Assembly: GCA_965113315.1 (NCBI GenBank)
Contig: OZ220367.1
Direction: 5' to 3' (one strand)
DNA length: 64,000 nt
From: Podarcis vaucheri
Lineage: Eukaryota
Position numbers and translations under genes: made by a program. The notes under the pieces were generated by a model. That model searched no databases. It had not been told where the DNA came from and was given only the letters and a program-made list of their open reading frames with translations. Below are positions 14,103 to 27,592 of the stretch, piece after piece (position 1 is the first letter of the stretch; the number at the start of each line of letters is the position of its first letter).

Positions 14103-14181
14103 AGCCATTATCAACCATTTCAATCCAAAGATAGAGTCTTACGCAGCTGTGAATCACATCTCACAGCTTTCAGAAGAACAG
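14103..14181 (+). CDS. ARMH3: ARMH3 (C10orf76) coding exon, third from last
   Basis: Polypyrimidine tract + TTTCAG acceptor, GTAAGT donor; encodes (R)[26 protein letters not shown] and joins in phase to the next exon. Confidence 0.93.
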
Positions 14182-17100
14182 GTAAGTTACATGCATCTTT
14201 TTAATTCTGTTATTTCTTATGGTGCAGTGTTCAGAAGAGTTCACCCTACTCTGTCCCGGCTGACTGCATTGGAAGCCTTACATTATCCCGAGCTAGGGTT
14301 TAGCAAGCTCTCAAAATAGCAGCCCATGAGCAATAAATGGGGCATGTGCTGCCACATGCTTAAAGTCTAGGAAGGCAGAGCTGTGGCCCAGGAAGAAAGA
14401 CTTTTTCCAAGACTACCCTGGTGGTTTCTCATTTGCAAATGTGTACTTGATAAGTGATGACTCTGAAAATGCACAGTGAGATCTTGGCAAACATTTGGAA
14501 TGCAACTTAATTTGGGGGAGTGCTAGGATTATGTGAACATACGCAATAGTTGATGCTGATTTTTCAGTGTAATGGAATTCACTAAGCCATGAATAGCTAT
14601 TTTAAGTACATTTCTAAATGAGGAGATTTTTCATAGAGAGAGCAATTACGGTTATATTTTATTTTATCATAATTCAACCTGATTCCTCTACTTCCTTGCC
14701 TGTCAGAGCTGTGTAAATGGGCCTTCCTGAAGTTAAATAGCTTCAGGGAGGAAAAGGTTGACCTTCTTGTCCATTTCATTAAAACACACACAGAGAGAAC
14801 TGGGGCTTAGGAATTTTGAAGCTTGGCAGTAGCTAGTCATACACTCGGTCCACCCTTCTTTCCCTTCAGTTACAATTTATTATGTTGATGCATTGCAGGA
14901 TAACCTGAAGGTATGGGTTAATGATGCAGCATCCCTGTTCTTGTTGGCTTTCCTTTGTACAGTTCCTCTGCAGAAAGAGTACTGCCAAGCTCCAGACAAT
15001 CTATTCAACTTAATTTTCTTGCCAGGAGTTGCTGTACCCGTTACTATGTTCTATGATGTTGTATTTTACAGATTCTCATTCATCTGTTCACTGTTGATTA
15101 TATCAGCCTATGCTTTTTTTACTTCTTTTTTTAAACCCTTTCAGCACGTGCAGTAATTGAAAATGGGGCCCTGGATGTGGGAGGCTTCGCAACCATGCTT
15201 GGCTTAGTCTGCTAGTTTTAAGAAAGGGAAGCAGCTTCTCCCTGTCAGTGCAGTGGAGCATTCATCCCCCAGCAGTTCAGGGAGGTCATGCTGAATTCTT
15301 TCTTCACCACACGCCTGTGCTTTAAATAAAACCACCACCAGCAGCAGGCGGCAGGTAATGAAATCAGCTCTGATGCACAGAGCAGTTTGAGGAGAGATTA
15401 TTAGGAAGCAGGGAAGTGGTTTGATTTCTTCTTTCAAATGGAAGCATTACCCCAAAGTGGCAGAAAGATCAAAATAGAGAGGAGTTAATTAAAAAGAGGT
15501 GGGACCTCCGGATGGCATCCAAAGGAGGAAGGTCTAGGCTAGGGCTATGCTAAATGGTAGCCACTTCAATTTTGTGCATGGAGGTAAAGCTTTGGAGAAG
15601 GGGTGGAATGTTCAGTGAACACTCAAATTTTGTTTACCTTCCTATCTCCTCGCTGCTATTCACTGCCTGGTTTTTTAAACTGGAACATCTTCCTGGGACT
15701 ATTGAACCTAGCCAATCACAGATCAGCTAGTGACAGTAATGATTTCACTGAGGACAAATGAAGCCAGTATATTTGTTTATATTTCTTAAATTTGTATACC
15801 TCCCCCATCATCTGTAGTCCTCAGGTCAGTTTACAACATAAAAATACAAGGCCAAAAAACCCCTCAAGAACATAAACAAATCAATAACCACCCACACCTC
15901 CTTCCAGCCAGTTGCTTTGCCCTCACCATGAACCATGATATCAGAGATTAGGGATAGGAGGGATCTTGGACCTGTTGTCAAGGCAACCAGGCTTGGCTAT
16001 CTTGGTCATTGCTACATTGGACTGGGGTGGATTCATAGGTTAATAGCCTTTGCTGTCACTGTCCCCACACAATAGGTGAACATTTGAGCCCCCTTTCTTT
16101 GACCCTTCAAAAAAATAATAATGAAGGAAGGGTCTGCATTTTGTAGATGCTTGAAAGGTTTTGAGAAACAACTCTCTTTGATTCAGCATTAATCTATATG
16201 TCCATCCTAAGAGGGCCTTAGATCTGTTTCTGCAGTGAGAATCATGGAATCATTCTGGATATGGGACTCGGCTCTATTTTTGATTTTTTTAAAAGCTAAA
16301 TATTTCTGAATGCTTCTGCTTTTAACCAATCTGATAATGAGCTAAAATATATATTCCAGTGTTTTGAACAAATAGCTTGACTAGATAGTACACACAGACT
16401 GTTAATAATTTGGAACATCATATTAAATACATTGGCTAAAGCAGGGTGAGGGTGAGAAAGCGCAATATTTTTGGCAGTAGTGTGCTGTGAGCACTGAATA
16501 TGCTTTTTTGAAAGGTCATCTCCTGTTAAAATCTGATAAGAAATCCAATTTTGTAACTTACAAATAATTAAGTAAATTGCATGATTATTCATAGGTTATA
16601 TCAGTGCTTTTTTGTACTATCAAGCATACAACTAACAGCATTGTAGTAGATAGAAGTTACATCTGTTGAAAGGTCTGGCTATCAAGTTTTCAAAACTAGG
16701 GAATGTCATTGTGATCAAGTCTACCCATCCTCTGGCTATGCAGGCAACTCCACAAAGCAGTTGTTGCATCCAGGCATTGTGATTTAGTTAACATGCTTCT
16801 CAGTTTGTGTCCACATACAGGCTTTCCCAATTTTATAATACGTGGAGAACTTCTTATTGTTCACTGTGCATTTGCCTCTCAATACTTGCTCTTTTTTTGT
16901 CCCTCCATTTTATTTTCTACTCTACTGGATGTGGATGTGGGGAGGATAATTAAGTTTAACCCTCAGAGTGTGTGGGTTACTCTGCTGGTCACTCCCCCAA
17001 ATAGATGAACCAGAACAAGCCATATTGTGGAAACCTTTAAGCGACTGCTGCAAATTTTGCTGCACAGTCAGGGCAGATGTATTCAGCCAGTTCTGTCTTT

Positions 17101-19854
17101 GTGCCCCATTTTTTTCAAGCAGCTGTAGCAAAACTACTATATCATGCTGTCATTCCACATTATCATTCTGCATTGTCATTCTGCATTGTCATGCATTTCC
17201 TATCTAGTTCTCCTGATTCAAACCTTTAGTAATTTTGCTGGAATTGTCTGTCTGATGACATTTAGCTCTTCCCTTAGTGATTACAGTTATGATGTAATAA
17301 GAGCTCTGTTGCTCAGTAATACTAATTTGTGTAAAGCTATTAGCTAAATTTTCTTCTGCTCCCTCTGCTTTTCATTAGTTTATTTAAAACAACTTTTTAA
17401 AAGCAAATAAACTTAGGAGTTGCTGTTTGCAAGCTCACATATCCCCACCATGATCCTAAGTGCTCTGCTCTGTTCTCTTTACATCTGGGTATGTACTGAG
17501 TCCCCAGCTACAAGTAAATTAATATAGTAGTTGCTTTAAGTGGCTGTTCTTGGTATTTTGAGCAGGGAAGAATATGTTCAAGCTTTTTCAAGCCACTGTT
17601 TCATGGTCAGGTCATATATCCGTAAATGTCTTTGTGCATGTGTATTTAGTACTCGAAAACCGATGCAAGAAAGATCAGAAATGGTCCTCATTGTTAACAG
17701 GCTCTTTCATACACACTCACCAAAATACCACCAGAATTTCATAAATGTCCAGCTTTCATTTAAATATGAAGTGTACTCCAGAATTTTAACCTTTGTTTTC
17801 TGGGGCTTGAATTCCAAGATCATGGATGAAATTAGCTTGCTGAAGTGGTGGTTTTCTTACTTCTAGTACACATTGTGCTAGTTTACTGTTCGAGTAGCAC
17901 ACATGAGTTATGTAATACCTTGTGACAGCTTTAGAGCATGCATATGACAACATTTAATTGTGTCCCAAAAATATCCCTGCTTAACTACAAAGAGAGAGAG
18001 AGAGAGATAAACCTCAGAGCAATTGCTTTAGTGCCTTTTAGTGGCTTCCATTAAATTTAATGTATTGGATGCAATAAAACAAATGTCACTGGAGCAGGAT
18101 GGAATGGGCAGAAAAGCCACATTGGAGACAGGATTGGCTTGCTATATACCAGGGGCAGTTTATTGCCAAGGAGAGTTGATCCCTCCTTCCCCTGGTTTTT
18201 CAGCCATTTCATAAATGCATTTTCTAATTTAGTTATATTTTAATTACATGGAAGAATCAAGGCCTTTCAGGGCAGCAAGTATACTTTGGCAACGATGTAT
18301 TCTGAGTTTATCAGACTCACATGTATCTATGTACAGGACTTAGCTTGACAGTTTAGGAAAGATCTTCAAGTGCAACTTCTTCATAGTTCAGAAGCAAAAA
18401 ATATTTCTTTTTGATAACTAAAGGGGAACACACATTACAGGTTTCTGTCTGAGATAGCCAAGATAAATTATTTTTTTAATTACTTGAATTAAAATTAATT
18501 GAATTCAGTTGCTGCAAACAATTAAATTTCCAAAATATCTGTCAGGTTTCCCTGAGTACATATGTGATGGGTGGAATTCAATGTCACGCTCCTCCAAATG
18601 TTCCATCTGTGCAAGCATTGCAGCTTGCCAGATGAAGCAATCCCCCCTCTCTTACCGCTGTGTGCTATTCTTGGATTTTTCCCGCCACTGCCCCTGAGCC
18701 ACATTCAAGGTACATGCTGAGGGAGGAGAGGGTGTGCAAGCAGAAGTCCTTGCATAGGGTTTCCACTGATGGGACATTAGGTTTACTTTGCCCATTATGA
18801 TCAGCTCAATGAGAAGATTACAATTTTTGCAAGATCAGGATGGAAGACATTCCTCTGATGGGGTGACACTTGCCACCACATGTGACATGCAGGGTCCAAC
18901 CAGGTCTTCTGCCTCGTCTCCAAAGGGAGGAGCCATTCTGCCCACCAGTTTGTGGGTGGTCTAGGTGCTGGGTTGAATGGCTCTATGTAGCAGTTTATCT
19001 TCTGACTATATGGTGTGTGTGTTTTCCAATTTTTCTAAACTCTTTTTTTATCCAGTTTGGTTGAGTATGTTCCTTCCACTCCATGTTCTCATTCTGTCTC
19101 CTGCCGTGAAACATTAATTTTCTTCTTCATTAGTTTCTTTCCAGCCCCTTTCTTTTTCTCGTTCAACCCCATTAAGTGTTTGTTCTCCTTCCTCCACCAC
19201 CCACCACCCCGGTGTGGTTCCCTGGGGTGTATGTGGGGTTTATTTTAGGAGTGATGCTGAGGAGTCCTGTGATCCTCAGAAAGGGTCTTGGAGGGTAGTT
19301 AGCAGTGGTTTCTCCTTTTGAGATTTGTCTAGTGACACAGAGCACAACAGTTCCCAGTCACCTCTTCCAAAGGTGGAAATGTTTAAAGTGGTCTTTCTGC
19401 CACACCCCTCTCCTTGTTTCCTCACCGCTCCATAGTGAGCTATTCAGCCCTGCTCTCTGGTTCCAGGTATTCCAGCACCTTTAGTTCATCTGGACTGTCT
19501 GTGCTCCTTAGCCTTCTTGGCAATTGGTGTGTGGGCATCGTTTGAGAACAGAGCAACTTCAGGTGCATCTCACCCTTAGACTAGCTTGGCAGGAGCATCA
19601 TTTTGGATTTCATGCATGTCTGCAGATACTGGCTTCCCATTAGGAAACTAGCTCAGTGGGGAGGCCTGTTGAGGCTGCGGCATTAGGCACTAGGTGCATC
19701 GTCACAATAAACTGGCTAGGCAAAAATACATTTCCTGTGCTATAGGTGTTTAGTAGTTCACTCTCACAGGAGTATGCTAGTCAGTAATCACACAGTTCAA
19801 AGATGGAGTTAACTCTCTGTTAGCAAAAACATGACCGCCACAGACTTGGTTGTG

Positions 19855-20339
19855 TGTCAGACCTAACGAGCAGAGTAGCTCATTCCCAATGGTCTTCCTC
19901 CATGAAAATCAGCAAGACTCAAAGTCCCTGCCTCCTCACCAGGGCTTTCCCCAAGCAATCAAAACCGCACCTGCATGCAGTCAACCTCTCCTCCAAACTT
20001 TTCATATCTCTTCTGGTTCTGGGAGACAAGTGGGGAAGGGAGCTTGCTGCAGCAGGAAGAGGAGACACCTGTGACTCTTCATCAGCCTGACTCATTTCTG
20101 CCTCTTGGCCTCCTTCATCCTCCTGTCCTGCTTCAACTTCTGCCTCTGATTTTGGACTTCTCTCTGCCACAGACTCTCCCAGCTCACTAAGTCCTGTTCC
20201 CTCTTCAGCTTCTAACACCTCCTCTTCTCAGTCTTTTCCTTCTGACTACTGATCGTTGTCCCACCACCACTCCCTGGGCTTTGAGCCTTCTCCAGCTGGT
20301 TCCTTCCATCATTCCTCTTTCTCCAGCCAGTTCATGGCA
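19855..20339 (-). mobile_element. Possible solo LTR-like repeat
   Basis: About 485 bp bounded by TG...CA and purine-rich on the minus strand; resembles lizard LTR-like repeats as I recall them. No TSD found. Confidence 0.4.
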
Positions 20340-20411
20340 ATGACTGTATCCTAGGTATAGATTAAATTTGAATTTAGACGTTTGAATTTAGAAACTATAG
20401 GTGGTAAGCTA

Positions 20412-20764
20412 GGTAAAGGTAAAGGGACCCCTGACCATTAGGACCAGTCGTGACCAACTCTGGGGTTGCGGCGCTCATCTCACTTTATTGGCCGAGGGAG
20501 CCGCGTACAGCTTCCAGGTCATGTGGACAGCATGACTAAGTCGCTTCTGGTGAACCAGAGCAGCGCATAGAAATGCTGTTTACCTTCCCGCCGGAGCAGT
20601 ACCTATTTATCTACTTGCACTTTGACGTGCTTTTGAACTGCTAGGTTGGCAGGAGCTGGGACCGAGCAACGGGAGCTCACCCCGTCGTGGAGATTCGAAC
20701 CGCTGACCTTCTGATCGGCAAGCCCTAGGCTCTGTGGTTTAACCCACATTGCCACCCGTGTCCC
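20412..20764 (-). mobile_element. Sauria SINE
   Basis: Reverse complement of the 6775 copy; 14-bp TSD TAGGTGGTAAGCTA (20398-20411 / 20765-20778). Confidence 0.93.
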
Positions 20765-23700
20765 TAGGTGGTAAGCTACTAATGCATCAAAGTGAACACA
20801 AGAATTTCTGCTTGCACAGTGAAACTTCCCTCTCTCTCCACTTCCTGTGCAAACGCCACACCCTCCCCAAATTTAAGAAGAATGCAGGAGGAGGGGAGGG
20901 GAGGTGGGAGAATGTTCCATTGCACAAGCAATAGTCCTTGCACTGATGCAACAATTGCCTTAGTGCTATGTTGGATTCCACCCTATATTTTTTCCTATCC
21001 ATTTTTTTGTGTGGTTTGCTTGTTTCTACTGTATTCCAACTCTTGGCCCACACATCTTGTATGCTGGGATATTCTTAAACAAATCTTTACCATTTTACTG
21101 CTAATTATTTTAAGGGCTGTTGCTTGTTGGTAATCTGGTTATTTCAAATAATTAACTTTGATGTTACTTCAGTTAATTAACTTGAACCAATTAACCTCTT
21201 GTTTTATGGATACTCCTTGTCCCATCCAAGCACTTGGGGTCAGAAAGCACTTTGCTACATGGCGGCGGGGCGGGGGGACTAAGGCAGGACTAATCAATAA
21301 GGATCTTTTTGCTGCTAAGGATGTTCAGATTCTGTGTTTCTAATGTGCAGTTAAAAGACAGTGGTTGGGATACTAGGGATCCTCTCACATCAGGTGTTTT
21401 TTATTGTACAGATATAGAGGTAAAGCGTTAAGACATCCTGCTTTGCAGCGCCAAACATCCAGCATGGAATGCCTGTCCTGGTGTCAGAATAGGAAGCTGA
21501 GTTTAGTGGTCAACATATTTCTTCCTAGCTGTCCCGTACAATTGGGTGTGCTATCTTAATTCTGCATGAGGATGCAGGCAGAAACATTTTGAGAGACAAG
21601 GCTGCTATTTTGAGCAGCATTCAAAGTGTTGTATGATGTGTCTAATTTTAGGTACTCTTTCAGAGATGGCTTTGTTTACTGTTTTGGTATATTGAAACTT
21701 GCCACGAGCCTCTGTGATAGGGTAGGTTCAGTGGTAGTAAAACTGCTGCTCCCTAAGCATCAACTCAAGAGTAGCATAGCAGGTTATTAACCTATTTTCT
21801 ATTTATAATCCAAATTCACTGGGTTATAGGCTAGTGCTCAGAGCACACTCATTAGTTCTATTTTTTATTATCTCTGCATTTGCTTGTAGAAAAATGCCTA
21901 ATAACTTCCATAATTTAATTCCATCAGTTGGAGCAGGGGGTACTTGTGGCTTTCTTAACACTGAGGCTTAATGTGTTGGGACTTGCGAAGCTCACTGAGA
22001 TTTTTGTGATGGAGGATGTTGTCAAGTTCAAAGTGATGCTGTTGATTAGCCCTGCCATTAACCATCTGCTCCAGTTGGTTAAAGTGCCACTGAAGAACAA
22101 TCAAAAGAGCCTGCGTTTAAAACAGATTAAATTACAACTTTTTGCATCTGATATTAAAGAAGGAGCTGTCGCTTGTTAGCTTTTGTGAGCATTTGATTAT
22201 CTGTATTTTCTATCCCCCCCCCCCCGTTTTAACCCTTTCTTGAAACCAAGGGGACAATAAGCACTGACTGCTTTCAGGCATTGACTTCAGTAGCATGACA
22301 TGCAGGTGCTATGTTAAGCTGCCCTCCTGACACTGCCCGCCCGCCCGCTGCTTTCCCCTGGATTATCTGCGCTGTGTAGGTGACATCTATTCCCCATGGT
22401 GGCAAACTAGGTCATCTGATTTTTATTTGCTTCCTAGGAGGGGGAAGCAGATCAACCACTGTGTCTCCTGGAGCATCAGAACAAATGCTTGTGAGGCAAA
22501 AAGGTGCAGTGTCTGTAGGGAGACAACGTAAAAACAGGAGAAGGAACGGTGCTTTGGTGGTTGGTTTGCCTCTCACTTTCAGATGCTGCGAATTCAGTTC
22601 AAAGTGTTAGCCGGCAAAGACTGTCAGCCCCTAGATGCCCAAAGGGATGCTTTTCATTCCACATGAAGGGAATCCTGCCTATCTCGGCTGAGATGTGTCA
22701 CTGTTCTGTGTTGTATCTGTCCTGGAGAGCCAGGAGATTGAATAATGCCAAATTAATGGAGAACTAGGTGCAAAAAAGGGCCACTATTTTGTTAAATTGA
22801 AATAGCTGTATTGAGTCCCATCAAGGGAAATGGTGGGTATAAATAATGTATAAATAAATAACTATATAGAGAGCAACCAAATTTTTAGTTTAAAGAGAGC
22901 AGGGCAAGTCAGAAGGGTGGTATACAGGTGCCAAACAAATGGACCATTGTACTGACATTCCTCTCTTCTCCTTGAGGTAGAGGAGGATAGTTTTCACCTG
23001 CTGTACCTCTTCCTGGTGAAAGGTGAATTCTGGACACTAGGATGGCCCTATTTTCTTAATAGGGTTCAAGAGCTTTACAGAGCTTCTTTTTCTTACCATG
23101 TTCTCTTCCCTGCCTTTGCTAATTAGAGGCCCATGGTACCCAGACCAAAGTAAGGAAGAAAAAAATGCCCTTTGCTAGCCTGTCACTTTAAGATTACCCA
23201 GTTTTTCTAGCCCTTGGTTCTCCTCTGGTGGGGAGTCATGTCCTTCCTGCCAATTTCCCAATACACAGGCTGGGGAAAGGCTGCTAGGCTGCTGTCTCCT
23301 AGGTGCCATTGCTACCTTGCCTGATTCATCCCCTGGTTAAGAGCCACCTGTTGGGCAGAACCAACGTGGGTCAAGTGCCTTAAAAGCTGGACTGTTGCAA
23401 ACAAAATTGGTTGTCCCTCAACTTCACAAATAAAATATTTTTGCTCTCTGATGTCTTTAGTTTTACACCAATAGCTTTAAATTTTTTTTGGAAGCGTGTT
23501 GGTTTCTTTTAACAGTACTTGGAATCTGAAAGTCAGCAAGATGGTCAGGTATATGCTTCTATCCCTCTTCTGACGATGGGCAGATAAGGGTCTATGTTGA
23601 ACATACCATATGATTGCCTGGCAACCATTCCTCTTGCCACCAGTAGCAGCTTCTGAATGCTTTGCTCCAGTGAAGCAAGCAAACAATCGAAATAAAACAA

Positions 23701-25838
23701 AGCTCCCCCCCATAAGCAAGGCAATAGTTTATCTTCTTGACAAAGAGGCAGATGGTTTCACAGATACGTAGTTCCATCCCCCTGAAATAATTAAAGTCTC
23801 TATTTTTCCCCCTTAAAGGGAATTTGGTATGGGACAACAGAATCTGTCACTACATCCTCCATGCCAAAAAGTTCCAGATCTAGAGGACTTCCTAAAGCTG
23901 CTTAATTCTTATTCAAAAGTAGGCTCTGATTCTTCATTTAACAGATGACAGAGCTACCTCCCCCCTTTTACCCTGCCCAGCTTTCTAGTTTCCCAAGTTA
24001 TGCTGTTTGACTAGGGTATAGCCATCCCTGTATGGAAGATCAGATCAGATCACTTGCACATTCACAGCCAGTATTCCAGACCATTCTTTTCCTTTGTGCC
24101 ATCTGAGTGTGTGTTTTAAAAGAAAAGAGTCAGAGAGGTATGGTGTTCTGAACTGCCCCTGATTTTGCCTCAGTGGTCTCCCACACATTGTGGATAATGT
24201 GCCAAACTACTATCAGCTTAGCTGAAATGTTTGTCCCTTCCTAAACCTGACCTTTGTCTCTGCTCATAGGAGGAGGAGCTCACACTCCTCTGCTGCCCAG
24301 CACAAAGTAACTGTTTGTGTCAATTGTCCATTACTTTCCTTTGTACCACATGGTAGTTCTTCTCTCCAGCCAATTCCTGGCCAAGAAACTGATTCAGCCT
24401 GCATTTTTACACAGCTAAGCTGTCTTGCACCTGGGTGAGGACTTCAAGCATTTAGTGATCTGCATTCACAAACTAGAAACTACTGGGGGAATATCTGGTA
24501 CCCAGGACTTTTCGGGGATCCTACAAATCCATAACAATGCATACATAGAACAATAAATAAGATTTATAACATTTGTGTGCACATGATATTTTTAAACCAA
24601 TCATTAAACTGTGAATAACCTTTCATGGAAGCAGGCAAACAGTTTCAGACATCACAACCCCTGGTAGTAAAATCTAACCACTCCCAAAGGTCCTGGGCAA
24701 AGATGTGCATCCTCATCTATCGAGAGGACACCAATAGCATCAGCACAAGATGCACCTCAGAAGAGAGATCTATCTTTCCACAAGTGGGGGACCACCAGAT
24801 AAAAGGTCTCCTGCACTGTCACCTGTAAATGTAATTTGCAGGTGGAATCACAAAGACTGTCTCCTCTATAAGTCTTGATGCACAAGCAGGTCAATATTTC
24901 TTTTGAATATGGGGTCCCAAGTTGTTTAGGGCTTTTTATAAGCACCCAGAATCTGGCTAAGAGGAGAATTGACAATCCTTTTTGACCCCATAAAATTTCC
25001 CACTATCTAGTCTCAGTGCCAACATGTAAAAGAGGATTGAATCTTTAGCTGGACAGATAGCTGTCCCATAGAGGAAGAGTTAAAAAAAAATCATATTTTT
25101 TTTAGCTCTCAGCCTTTTCTGACCCACGCTCAAAGTATCATGAGTTTTGGTGCAGAGGAGGCAGTTTGACATGACATGGGCTTTATTTTATCAGCATGAA
25201 ACAACTCTCTTGCTGCTTCTCTGTCACAGTTGCTGCAGTTACTTTTCCAGGAGGTTATACAGGAATATAAAGTAGGTCATGCTGTGCACTGTGGATTCCG
25301 TGCAACCCCGAATATGGAAATCTGCCTGTGCAGTCTATAAGTGGGACATTCTAGAAAGTTCTGGAAGATTAGAGGTGCCACCACTCTCTTCTTTACCCAG
25401 GTATTTTGGTGTTCTTTACATGGAGTGAGGGAGTTTAACCAACAGCTTTTGGCTCAGTTTCTTTATGACCACATAGTGAGCAGCAGCAGAAAGGGACCTC
25501 TCATCATTTGGTAGTTTTGTAAGTTGTTGTTCCCATTCTCTTCCCCACCTCCAACTCTGTACGGATAGGGTATTGCTAAACCAAATGTGTCATGACTTCT
25601 TCCACCCCTTCCAAATTCTCTGAATTGGCCCGTCCTTGTCATTGCCTAGTTTGTCAACATTGTGAAGGCATCAGCCTTGTAGAGCTTCTTGAACTCTTCA
25701 TCAACACTGCCTTTGGAATCTTTAGGCTCAGAAGCCTTTGGCTACTCAGTGCCATTACTGTATTTCATCCACCTAAGCAGTTGTGGCTAAGCCTTATGCC
25801 AGTGCCCCCTTTGTATCAGCATGTTAAGAAGCTTTATA

Positions 25839-26054
25839 CAGTGGTACCTCTAGTTACGGACTCGATCCGTTCCAGGGTGCTGTTTGCACACTGAAAAGTC
25901 TGCAGCTAGACTGCCACTTCTGTGCACGTGTGAGACACGCAGAGCGCTTCTGCGCATGTGTGCGCAGCGAAACCCGGAAGTATACACTTCCAGGTTTGCC
26001 ATGTTCGTATCCTGAAAAAATGCAACCAGAGACTGACGTAACGAGGTACGGCTG
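25839..26054. mobile_element. Tc1/mariner (Tigger-like) MITE
   Basis: TA|CAGTGGTACCTC ... GAGGTACGGCTG|TA, i.e. terminal inverted repeats with a TA duplication. Confidence 0.8.
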
Positions 26055-27087
26055 TACAGGATCTCCTTCTAATACTTCTACTTGTTGCATCATCATTTTC
26101 TCAACCCTTTGACAGTGGCCAAACACTATAAACAGTTCAACATTGCCTACAGCAGTGAAAGTTTTAAACCTAACCTAGTGGGCTGAAGAAGTTACTCTTG
26201 GCTATCGTTTAAAATGGTTGAGAAGGAGAGAAGTGAGAACCATCCTTTTTCCTCCCCTCTGAGGTCAGAAGACAGAAGCGATGGACCAGACACGTGTTTC
26301 ATTCCAGAAATCCTTTTCCTCTGTACTTCACAAAAGGAAAAGAAGGCAAAGAACCACGATCTCCTCCTTCCTCCCGGCCCCTTGCTGTTCACTGAGGAAG
26401 AGGTGTGAATTCTCACTGCATTTTTCATCTATCAAGTTGGGAGTGGGGGCAGGGGAACAGGCATGATGCCAGCACACTTCCTCCCCATCCCATCAGCATT
26501 GGGGGTTGCCTCTAGCACTTCAGCCATGAAGAGGCAAAAGCAATCATAGACTCCCTACATGTTGAAGCCAGTCTTTCAAAGATAGTTGTGGAATCTTTGA
26601 AAGCATGAAGCTATGCTGATGTCTGTCCAGCACGACTTCAGAGGTGCCGTTCACAATGACAACACCTGTAATTCTCAACTGTCTGGGCATTTAAGAGTGG
26701 GTTAACATTGTTGTGAGCACTTGATTCTTCTAAGCCTGTCCCTTTCCCACCTGGACTGTCTGACTAGTGCTGCTCTGCTGTGGAAGTAAGTTAATAAAAT
26801 TGTTGACTGGATTGATTCTGAATTACACTCTGTATTACTAAAAGAAATTAAATGCTAGATGAAGACATCACTGCTCGGATGTCCTAGGATTCAAGACTTC
26901 GTTAGGCTAAAATACTGGGTTTTGTATAGAAACAATAATTTAGAAGAGGAAGTCTCCTTCTGCATGTCAACTTCCCAAATCATATATTCACAGCAACATT
27001 AATACTTGTGTCAGACTTTCAAAATAAGTAATGATATACACAGCTTTTCCTTTATGGGCATTATCTCTGTGTAGGCAAAATCACCAG

Positions 27088-27592
27088 AGGGTGGTATTTT
27101 GGCTACTACATGCAGTCAATGCAAGGATTTCTGCTTGCACACTAGGACTTCCACCCCTCTCTTCCCCTTGTTCCTGTTCTGTGCCCTCCTCTAAACTACT
27201 CTGGGGGGCTGAGGGAACTCCTAGAACAAATGTAGGGGGCATGCAGGCAGGGCTGTAGCTAGGGGGTGGTGAGGTGGGCCCCCGCCAGGGGTGCACAAAA
27301 TCAGCTTAAAAATATGTCCATAAATATATATATTGAGTATTGCCTCATAAGAAATGGTTTTAAATAGAGGGTGAATTGAATGGGTGGAGGGAGGGGGTTG
27401 TAGGAAAGGCAGAAAGAAGAGCTAATTTGTCCATGGCTAGGGGGTGCAATCTGGACGGTTCTGCCAGGGGCGCAAGATCACCTAGCTAAGGCTCTGCATG
27501 CAGGGGGAGAAGAGGGAGAGAATGTTCTATTGGTCAAGCAGAAATCTTTGTGCTGATGGAGTTTTCACTTTAGCACTATGTTGAATACAACC
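27088..27592. repeat. Old palindromic MITE-like repeat (related copies near 10232-10439, 18670-18790, 20795-20983 and 43835-44001)
   Basis: Inverted arms AAGGATTTCTGCTTG (27123-27137) / CAAGCAGAAATCTTT (27535-27549); the same motifs recur at the other sites. Confidence 0.6.
27248..27496. mobile_element. hAT-type MITE nested in an older palindromic repeat
   Basis: 16-bp TIRs CAGGGCTGTAGCTAGG / CCTAGCTAAGGCTCTG (3 mismatches); perfect 8-bp TSD CATGCAGG (27240-27247 / 27497-27504). Confidence 0.85.

Noticed and set aside
19919-20218. Acidic 99-aa ORF
   Set aside because: Lies in a purine-rich, LTR-like repeat; no splice or homology support.
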